From positions 30,001 to 62,000 of the forward strand of contig CAKTSY010000001.1 in NCBI GenBank assembly GCA_934613415.1: a stretch of DNA of 32,000 nt, given 5' to 3'. The position numbers and the translations under genes were made by a program. Under the pieces are notes generated by a model, which was not told the DNA's origin, did not search any database, and saw only the letters and a list, made by a program, of their open reading frames with translations. Shown here one piece after another: positions 25,526 to 32,000 of this stretch. This DNA comes from an uncultured Opitutales bacterium (lineage in GTDB: Bacteria; Verrucomicrobiota; Verrucomicrobiia; Opitutales; Intestinicryptomonadaceae). Numbering within the stretch: the first letter of the stretch is position 1; every line of letters starts with the position of its first letter.

Positions 25526-28500
25526 TTAGAATTTAAACTGAATGCCCGTGTTTATGTTTTGGTAGATTTCGCCCGAGATTTCGGCGGCATAGTCGGCATA
25601 AATGCGCCATTGGCTGTTGATATTGTAGCCTATGCCTATGCCGAATACGCCCGTGTCTTTGCCCATCTTCCAACCCTTTGTGAATAACGAAGCCGAGGTT
25701 CCCAAAATTGTAGAGTTAACATTGTAGCGGTTGTCGGCAAATTCGTGGGTATAGAACATTCTGCCCGAAAAGTAAAAGCCGCAATCAAGCATATATGTTG
25801 CCTCTATGCCGATTAGCGATTTTACGCTTGTGTAGTCTTGCGAATCCATACGCATACGTTCTGCGCCGCTTTTTTCTTCGAAAGCCGGGTTCATCAAGAA
25901 ATTTGCATTTACGCCAATTGTGGGCTTTATGTAAAATTCCTTATCGGCAAATGGTTTTATAGCATGGCGAACGCCTGTAAAGATACCCAAAAGGTTAGAA
26001 TCCCAATCGGCACGGCTTTGGTCTACAATATTTCTTCTTTCGGCTTTGTTCATACCAAATGCGTATGTTGCACCCATATACCAATCAAAATTGTCTAAAA
26101 ACCTCCAATTTGCATATGCGTTTAGTGCAATGCTTTGGGTTTCGCCCTTGCCGCAGTTGCCGCGCCCCGTAGATTTTGCCTGAAAACCGCCAAAGCCGAA
26201 TCCCGCAAAAAACTTTGTGCTTGGCGTATATTCAACATTTGCCAACGCGCCTGTAATATAGTCGCTAGAAGCGTCTATATTCTCGTCGCCGCCGTAGAAC
26301 GCAAAGCGGTTTATGTTGCGAACCGAAACCGTAAATGTTTTGCCGAAAAGCGAATCGTCGCTGCCCAAGCTTGCAAGGTAGTCGGCAGAAGCACTTGTTC
26401 TATTTAAGGTGTCTAAATGTATAATGTCGGTTAAATCCATATTCATACGCGCAGTGTGTACTACCGACTGCGGCAACATTGCGCCCAAAGTGCCGCTGCT
26501 TGCCATTGCCGCAAAATTGCGCTTTTTCGAGACCGAAAGTGCGTTTGCAGCATCGTCGCCTTCAACATATTCCAAGTTGTCGTAAATTTCGGCCAATGCC
26601 CTTTCGGATTCGTTTGAAGCAACGGCGTCTCTTAAATACGAGTTTTCTATAATGTCGTAGCCAACGTTGTTGCCTATATTCTTATATTTTACCTTTGTAT
26701 AGGCGTTCGAAACTTCGGCCAAATCGCTTTCTAAAGTGCCCGTTATGTCCGAGACATTGTGCTGGCCTTTCAGCGAAGATGCTGCTGTAAGGTTGCCGTT
26801 TGCATCGTCGGTATCGGCAAAGCCGTAAGCATTGTTGTAGTGGTTGTTTATAGTGTCGCGCAAGCCACTACCTGCAAGTGTTGTTGCGCTTATAACGGTG
26901 GCTGCATTAGAATTTACATTAAATGCACTATTTATTGTAAGCTTGCCCGAAACCGAAACAGAACCTGCAATTGTTGCCGAGCCGCCGTTTGTAAGAACCA
27001 AGTCGTTTGAAGAAGCAATATTGCCGCTTACGGTTTTGCCGTCTAATACGTTTAAGTTGGTGTTGCCTACATTTACATTTGCAACGTTACCTACATTCAA
27101 GCCGTTTGCAATGTCGGTTGCGGTAATATCGCCCGTGGCGTTGTTTACTGTGGCAGTGCCAACCGTGCTAAGCGAAACATTGCCGTTTGCATTTTCTATT
27201 GTTGCAGAATTTGCGTTTAAAATATTTGCCGAAGTTTCTACCGTATTTACTGTAATGTTGCCCGAAGCGGTTCCCGCTGTTCCCACTTCCAAAGAGCCAA
27301 CCGATGATGTAATTTCCATATCGCCTACGGTATCGAATTTCATTTTGCCGGTAATTGTGCCTATTGTTGCCCCAGTAGCCAAACTTTCGCCTTCTATATC
27401 GCCGTTAATTGTAGAAGTTCCTCCATTTATAAGCGAAATATCTTTTGCCGAAACGTTGCCGTTAATTGTGGCTGCTCCCTCAAAAGTTAAATTGGCGTTG
27501 CCGTTTTCAGAGCGCACTGCAAAAGAGTCGTTGCCGCTTGCCGCCGAAGCCGAAATTTCGGCACCGTCTTTCATAGTCAGGTTTAAGTCGTTTTCTGTTA
27601 AAATGCCGTAGGCTCCGGCGTTTGTGCTAGTCGAAGAAATTGTGCCGCTTACCGAAATATCTGCAGATTCAGCGTAAATGCCCGTGGCAGTATCGTTTTC
27701 GGAAGAAACCGTAATGTTGCCTACTTTGCCGCTTACAGACTTTGCTATAATGCCTGCAGAATTGCCATTGCCGGAAACTTCCATATTGGCTATGTCGATA
27801 TTCTCTAAATCGTCTATTTGCGAGAGGCTTTCGCCTGCAAGAATGCCAGTGGCTGTTCCGTTTGCCGCGCTAACTTGCATATTTGTAATAGACAAGTTTT
27901 TGCCGCCTTCGGTTAGCTGAATGCCCGTAGCTTCGGTGTAACCTTTTACGGTAATGTTATTTGCGGTAAGGTTGCGCTTAACGCTTTTTGCATATATGCC
28001 AGTTGCAGTCCCCTGCTCTGTGCCCGAAGTAATTGTGCTTTCGACATTCAAAGTTCCTATGCTAATAGAATATATGTCGCCTGCGGTTGCGGTGTCTTTT
28101 GCCGCATTTGTACCCACCTTTACGCAAAAGGCGTCTTTTGCCTTAACTGTAATTTCGCCCGAATAGTCGTTCTTTAGCGAAACGTCGTCGTTGCCAAGCT
28201 GGTTTGCAAGAATACCAATGCCCGTGCCCTGCTTTGCCTCTATGGTAAGCTTGCCCGAAATTGTCATTGCGTGCCCGCCCGAACCGTTTGCTGCGTTAAC
28301 GCCCGCAATAAAAGAATTGTCGCCGTTGGTTTTGGCGGAATTGCCGCCTACGGTATATTCGCCCGAAATTTCCAAATCAGTAATTTGTCCGTTGCTTCTT
28401 ATAAGGCCAAAATCCAACGAAGTTTCTATAGACTCGACATTGCCGAAGTTGTAATATCCCCTTCCGCCAAGAATGCCCGAAGAGCCCGTTGACGTTTTAT

Positions 28501-28978
28501 TGTCCCACAAATACGAGCTGCTTGAAACGGTGCCGTTTATACACTCTATGTAGCCTTCGTTTTCAAGTCTGGTTGTGTTTGTAAGGCGGTTGCCGTATAA
28601 ATTTAATTCCGATTTTGAATCTAAAATAAGGGTTTGCCCCAAGCCACCCTTGTCGAAGTCGCCCGAAGCGCCCAAGCGCGAATTTTCAAGCTTTAAAGTT
28701 GTATTTTCGCCGGGGCAAGTGGGTTGCGTATACGCTACTCTTATAGAGTCTGGACTTGTCCAAACATCTTTTAATATAATTGTTTTTGTGTTGCCAAAAG
28801 TTTCGGAAGAGCCAGGAACAGTGCTGCCTGGGGTTATGGGGCCTTCAAGCGTAATGCGGTCTTGCACGCTGTTGCCTTTGCCCGTAATGGTAAGCGTTTC
28901 GTTTGCGGCGTCGTAATTATATGTTTGCGCGTTTACAAAACCCGCAGCTGCAAAAAATATGGCCGTTATTTTTTTCAT
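25526..28978 (-). CDS. Type Va autotransporter (beta-helical repetitive passenger plus C-terminal beta-barrel)
   Basis: 1150 aa from the ATG at 28978. Signal peptide 'MKKITAIFFAAAGFVNAQ'. The passenger is rich in G/N/T/S/A with a recurring A-[TG]-G-I-[YIL]-A motif. The C-terminal ~280 aa show an alternating beta-strand pattern ending in 'NTGIQFKF' (terminal Phe, an OMP signature). Confidence 0.85.
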   Translation of the reverse strand: MKKITAIFFAAAGFVNAQTYNYDAANETLTITGKGNSVQDRITLEGPITPGSTVPGSSETFGNTKTIILKDVWTSPDSIRVAYTQPTCPGENTTLKLENSRLGASGDFDKGGLGQTLILDSKSELNLYGNRLTNTTRLENEGYIECINGTVSSSSYLWDNKTSTGSSGILGGRGYYNFGNVESIETSLDFGLIRSNGQITDLEISGEYTVGGNSAKTNGDNSFIAGVNAANGSGGHAMTISGKLTIEAKQGTGIGILANQLGNDDVSLKNDYSGEITVKAKDAFCVKVGTNAAKDTATAGDIYSISIGTLNVESTITSGTEQGTATGIYAKSVKRNLTANNITVKGYTEATGIQLTEGGKNLSITNMQVSAANGTATGILAGESLSQIDDLENIDIANMEVSGNGNSAGIIAKSVSGKVGNITVSSENDTATGIYAESADISVSGTISSTSTNAGAYGILTENDLNLTMKDGAEISASAASGNDSFAVRSENGNANLTFEGAATINGNVSAKDISLINGGTSTINGDIEGESLATGATIGTITGKMKFDTVGDMEITSSVGSLEVGTAGTASGNITVNTVETSANILNANSATIENANGNVSLSTVGTATVNNATGDITATDIANGLNVGNVANVNVGNTNLNVLDGKTVSGNIASSNDLVLTNGGSATIAGSVSVSGKLTINSAFNVNSNAATVISATTLAGSGLRDTINNHYNNAYGFADTDDANGNLTAASSLKGQHNVSDITGTLESDLAEVSNAYTKVKYKNIGNNVGYDIIENSYLRDAVASNESERALAEIYDNLEYVEGDDAANALSVSKKRNFAAMASSGTLGAMLPQSVVHTARMNMDLTDIIHLDTLNRTSASADYLASLGSDDSLFGKTFTVSVRNINRFAFYGGDENIDASSDYITGALANVEYTPSTKFFAGFGFGGFQAKSTGRGNCGKGETQSIALNAYANWRFLDNFDWYMGATYAFGMNKAERRNIVDQSRADWDSNLLGIFTGVRHAIKPFADKEFYIKPTIGVNANFLMNPAFEEKSGAERMRMDSQDYTSVKSLIGIEATYMLDCGFYFSGRMFYTHEFADNRYNVNSTILGTSASLFTKGWKMGKDTGVFGIGIGYNINSQWRIYADYAAEISGEIYQNINTGIQFKF

Positions 28979-29208
28979 AATCGTCGTTTTAGTCTGTATG
29001 GTATAAATGTTGTGTCGGATTGTATGGCGAAGAATTGTTCGGATAAACACAATAGCGTCAACAGCATTTTTAAAAAAATGAACGATTTTGTAGAAAAAGC
29101 GTTCGTTTTAAACAAAACACTAAGTCGAAAAATACTGTAACAAAACAATGTAGATATGTTTTTACTTGCCAAATTTCGCAAATTATTTTGTGCTTGTTCG
29201 CTTTAATT

Positions 29209-29577
29209 ATGAAGCACACCGAAGATATTGTCGTTAAACTTTTGCAGATTAAACAGGCAAACAGGCTTATTAAATCTGGCAAAATGTCGGGCGAAAATAT
29301 CGAAAAGCTTAAAAATTTTGTTGCCCAAACAAGGGGGCAAGTTGCCCCGCTGGCGTTGTCGCACTTCGACAGGCTTGAAAATTCGGGCGCTTGCGGTGTT
29401 GCCGAGGTTGTAGACGGAAAATGCTCGCATTGCGGCGCAAAAATTGCGCCCGACGAACTGGAATATCTTAAAAACAACATAGGCGTTTGCGAAAACTGCT
29501 TTGCTTTTACGTATATTGCCGATTCGAAGTTTGATGTAGAAGCGTTTTTTAAAGATTTTTTGTCATATAATATATGA
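29209..29577 (+). CDS. Small C4 zinc-ribbon protein (DUF164/zf-RING_7-like C-terminus)
   Basis: 122 aa from the ATG at 29209. 'GKCSHCGAKIAPDELEYLKNNIGVCENCFAF' has a CxxC...CxxC layout like the COG1579 zinc ribbon. The stop overlaps the SulP start (ATGA). Confidence 0.5.
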   Translation: MKHTEDIVVKLLQIKQANRLIKSGKMSGENIEKLKNFVAQTRGQVAPLALSHFDRLENSGACGVAEVVDGKCSHCGAKIAPDELEYLKNNIGVCENCFAFTYIADSKFDVEAFFKDFLSYNI

Positions 29578-31268
29578 GTAGTTCTAAATTCTCGTTTCGC
29601 CCGAAGTTGGTAAGTTGTCTTAAGGGCTATAACCGTTCCGTTTTTGCCGCCGATTTATGCGCAGGCTTAAGCGTTGGCATTTTGGCGTTGCCCTTGGCAA
29701 TGGCATTCGGCATAGCAAGCGGCGTTACCCCCGAACAGGGTATATATACCGCCATTATTGCGGGGCTTATTATCTCGGTTTTTGGCGGCTCTAAAGTGCA
29801 AATAGGCGGGCCTACGGGCGCGTTTATAGTTATAGTTTCGGGCATAATCGGGCAATATGGCTACGCCTCTTTGGCGGTTGCCACAGTTATGGCGGGCGTT
29901 TTTCTTATAATTATGGGCATTACCAAAATGGGCAATGCCATTCGCTACATTCCGCGCCCCGTAGTTATAGGCTTTACCAACGGCATAGCAATTTTGATTA
30001 TGTCTACGCAGGTAAAGGATTTCTTCGGCTTGCAGATAGAAAAAATGCCCGAAGACTTTATTCCCAAATGCTCGGCAATATTCAATGCAATTTCCTCTAC
30101 GCATTGGCCCACATTGCTAATTTGCGTGCTTTCGGTTTTGGTTATTATATATTGGCCCAAGTCTTGGAGGCATCGCATACCCGGGCAGATAGGCGCAATT
30201 TTTATAGGTACGCTGGTTGCGGTAGTTATGGAAAAATTTGGTTGGCAAACAGAAACAATTTTTACGCGCTTCGGCGAAATACCAAATTCTTTGCCCAAGT
30301 TTAACTGGATTGAAATTAACTTTGCCAACATTAAAAACCTTACAATGCCAGCCTTTACAATAGCGTTGCTTGCCGCAATAGAGTCGCTACTTTCGGCGGT
30401 TGTTGCCGACGGTATGATAGACGACAAGCACGACTCCAACCAAGAGCTTATTGCCCAGGGTATGGCAAACATAGCGGTGCCCTTCTTTATGGGCATACCG
30501 GCTACGGGTGCAATTGCAAGAACTGCAACCAACATTAAAAACGGAGGCAAAACTCCAATTGCAGGCGTAGTTCACTGCGCGGTTTTGCTTTGCATACTTA
30601 TTTTTGCCGCCCCCTACGCGCAATACATACCGCTTGCAACGCTAAGCGCGGTTTTGTTTGTTGTTGCCTTTAATATGGGCGACTGGTCGGCCTTTTCGGA
30701 AATGCGCAGGCTGCCGCGCTCCGACGACGTTGTTTTTATTGCAACTTTTACCCTTACGGTTGTTTTCGGGTTAACCTTGGCAATAGAAGTTGGCATGATA
30801 CTTGCCGCAATGTTGTTTATACGCAGGGTTTCGGAAACAACAAAGGTTATGGTTGTAGACAAAAACCTTGAAACAAATTTGGCAAAATATTCGCTAGAAG
30901 GCAAAGATGTGCCCGAAGAGGTAATGATTTTCCGCATATTCGGGGCGTTGATGTTCGGGGCTGCCGACAAGCTTGAAAGCATACTTACAGCCATGGGCGA
31001 ACGCCCAAGAATTGCCATTTTAAGAATGCGCACGGTTTTGGCTATGGACGCAACCGCCTTAGATGTTCTAGACCACCTGTACGAAAAGCTTAAGGCAAAG
31101 GGCGTTGATATGATTATTACGGGCGCGCACTCGCAACCCTTGCATATGATGCAAAAATCGGGCTTTCTTAAAAAGATTGGCGAAGACCACGTTTTGGAAA
31201 ATATAGACGCCGCCCTTAATAAGTCGCGCGAAATTTTGGCGGCAAGCAAGGCTAAAGAGGAAGAATAA
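29574..31268 (+). CDS. SulP-family anion transporter with C-terminal STAS domain
   Basis: 564 aa. Polytopic N-terminal domain ('GVTPEQGIYTAIIAGLI', 'QIGGPTGAFIV'). C-terminal STAS-like 'IAILRMRTVLAMDATALDVLDHLYEKLKAKGVDMIITGAHSQP'. Confidence 0.9.
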   Translation: MSSSKFSFRPKLVSCLKGYNRSVFAADLCAGLSVGILALPLAMAFGIASGVTPEQGIYTAIIAGLIISVFGGSKVQIGGPTGAFIVIVSGIIGQYGYASLAVATVMAGVFLIIMGITKMGNAIRYIPRPVVIGFTNGIAILIMSTQVKDFFGLQIEKMPEDFIPKCSAIFNAISSTHWPTLLICVLSVLVIIYWPKSWRHRIPGQIGAIFIGTLVAVVMEKFGWQTETIFTRFGEIPNSLPKFNWIEINFANIKNLTMPAFTIALLAAIESLLSAVVADGMIDDKHDSNQELIAQGMANIAVPFFMGIPATGAIARTATNIKNGGKTPIAGVVHCAVLLCILIFAAPYAQYIPLATLSAVLFVVAFNMGDWSAFSEMRRLPRSDDVVFIATFTLTVVFGLTLAIEVGMILAAMLFIRRVSETTKVMVVDKNLETNLAKYSLEGKDVPEEVMIFRIFGALMFGAADKLESILTAMGERPRIAILRMRTVLAMDATALDVLDHLYEKLKAKGVDMIITGAHSQPLHMMQKSGFLKKIGEDHVLENIDAALNKSREILAASKAKEEE

Positions 31269-31291
31269 AAAACTACTTTTTTAACAAAATA

Positions 31292-31320
31292 CCCGTTTCT
31301 AGTAAAACGGGCATTTTTTT
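31292..31320 (+). terminator. Rho-independent terminator of the SulP operon
   Basis: CCCGTTT (31292-31298) pairs with AAACGGG (31305-31311) across a 6-nt loop, followed by C-A-T7. Confidence 0.8.
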
Positions 31321-31358
31321 GCACACAAATGTAAAAATAACCCGAATTGCTCGGTTTT

Positions 31359-31703
31359 TTATAGACGATTAAATTTACATAGCCACAAAAAACCGCCGAA
31401 TTTCGGCAGTTTTTGGTGCACTATTTGTAAAAGTTTGTACTGCTTGCGGCGGCGGCAGATTACAAAGCCCAGAGCCAACACGCCGAAGATTGCCGCGTAT
31501 GTGGAGGGTTCGGGAACGAGAGTTTGGTCTATCGAAAATGCGAATGTGAAAACATCGCTGTCGGTAAATACGATTTCGTCGATTGTAACGCCAGCCTTGA
31601 GGTCGTTCATTGAAATGCCAGAAACTTCCTTAACGAGTGTAGACTGTCGTATTTCAAATACTACGCACAGACACAAAAAAGCCCGCATTCCAAAAAGGAA
31701 CAC
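31359..31703 (-). CDS. PEP-CTERM-tailed mini-ORF, possibly a frameshifted remnant
   Basis: 'VPEPSTYAAIFGVLALGFVICRRRKQ' is a near-consensus PEP-CTERM sorting signal (PEP, TM helix, Arg cluster). The ORF then continues 26 codons further. Its GTG and ATG starts lie inside the ssrA terminator stem, and its stop lies beyond a terminator hairpin. Confidence 0.4.
   Translation of the reverse strand: MFLFGMRAFLCLCVVFEIRQSTLVKEVSGISMNDLKAGVTIDEIVFTDSDVFTFAFSIDQTLVPEPSTYAAIFGVLALGFVICRRRKQYKLLQIVHQKLPKFGGFLWLCKFNRL
31387..31410 (-). terminator. Rho-independent terminator inside the 3' tail of the PEP-CTERM ORF
   Basis: On the minus strand, CTGCCG-AAATT-CGGCGG is followed by TTTTTTG. The T-tract ends about 26 nt before the ORF stop codon (31361-31359). 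On the + strand the hairpin is weaker (a C-A mismatch) but also has a T5 tail. Confidence 0.6.
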
Positions 31704-31708
31704 GGGCT
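31674..31708 (-). terminator. Rho-independent terminator of ssrA
   Basis: On the minus strand, AGCCCGTGTTCC-TTTTT-GGAATGCGGGCT (12-bp stem including two G-U pairs) is followed by TTTTTTG. It begins 7 nt after the tmRNA CCA end. Confidence 0.8.
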
Positions 31709-31715
31709 AAAAAAT

Positions 31716-32000
31716 TGGTGGAGATGGCGGGAGTTGAACCCGCGTCCTAAGGACTTTCATAAACGCCGTCTACATGCTTAGTTTGCTTTATTGTTTCGAT
31801 TTGCGCTTCGAGGCAAACACCCTTCGCATCTCTACCGCATTGTTGTTTGCGCGGGCACCCCAACGCGAAAAAGCACCCGTACTTTTCCCGATGTCGACGC
31901 TCGTTTCCGTTATCGGGAGTCGCGGAACGAACGTGTCGCTTAATTAAGCGGCAATAGCGTAATCTTCGCCATTTATATAGTTTGTCGATACATTTTTACG
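31716..32000 (-). ncRNA. ssrA: tmRNA (SsrA), 3' ~285 nt, with the 5' end beyond the window
   Basis: The minus-strand 3' end GGACGCGGGTTCAACTCCCGCCATCTCCACCA is nearly identical to the E. coli tmRNA T-arm/acceptor end. An internal tag frame reads ...AAC TAT ATA AAT GGC GAA GAT TAC GCT ATT GCC GCT TAA (...NYINGEDYAIAA*), with the stop at 31946-31944. Confidence 0.9.

Noticed and set aside
26844-27611. A 255-aa + strand ORF, plus several 70-113-aa ORFs, antisense to the autotransporter gene
   Set aside because: They lie entirely inside a far longer ORF with clear signal peptide, passenger and barrel architecture. Their P/V/A/F-rich low-complexity products are what antisense translation of G/N/T/S-rich repeats produces. 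They have no start context or RBS.
28979-29050. A 24-codon N-terminal extension of the autotransporter ORF (MFIRTILRHTIRHNIYTIQTKTTI)
   Set aside because: The internal ATG at 28978 is followed immediately by a textbook signal peptide (MKKITAIFFAAAGFVNAQ). The extension would bury it.
29945-31324. Long minus-strand ORFs (201 and 236 aa) antisense to the SulP gene
   Set aside because: The SulP frame encodes a coherent 564-aa transporter with a STAS domain. The antisense ORFs are low-complexity shadows, and one runs through the SulP terminator.
1-32000. CRISPR arrays, tRNA/rRNA genes, transposases, integrases and prophage genes
   Set aside because: Reading the intergenic regions, I saw no regularly spaced direct repeats, no cloverleaf-like sequence other than the tmRNA end, and no ORF with DDE or tyrosine-recombinase motifs. 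A computational scan could still find short or degraded elements.

Overview
This 32-kb bacterial chromosomal window is densely coding except for one gap. All calls rest on hand-read motifs, with no homology searches. A PEP-CTERM tail, a Tat-signal sugar isomerase, ECF sigma factors and an autotransporter tentatively suggest a PVC-group or other Gram-negative anaerobe. The left part (1-10.3 kb) is ordinary core content. It holds an ECF sigma/anti-sigma pair, a C-N hydrolase, a Tat-exported xylose-isomerase-like TIM-barrel enzyme and a small lipoprotein. It also holds an overlapping HAD phosphatase-RecD2 helicase-phosphatidylserine decarboxylase operon, two tandem secreted beta-propeller paralogs (PL22 oligogalacturonide-lyase-like) and a LMW protein-tyrosine phosphatase. 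The middle (10.4-20.1 kb) is an AT-rich Wzx/Wzy-type glycan locus. Its genes are a MenD-like ThDP enzyme, a flippase, a pyruvyl transferase, a Wzy-like polymerase, a GT10-like fucosyltransferase, a GT2, an SDR and an acyltransferase. Next comes an unusual ORF-free stretch of about 1.2 kb (20.1-21.3 kb). After it lies a very AT-rich island (21.3-25.3 kb) of small lipoproteins and membrane proteins. One is SdpI-like, and another fuses YwqK/MORN-like repeats to an NTF2-fold-immunity-like C-terminus. I read this island as a candidate orphan anti-toxin immunity island, and it is the most interesting region. The right part holds a 1150-aa type Va autotransporter, a Zn-ribbon gene overlapping a SulP/STAS transporter, an odd PEP-CTERM mini-ORF and a partial tmRNA gene. 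No CRISPR array, rRNA, tRNA or intact mobile-element gene was seen.
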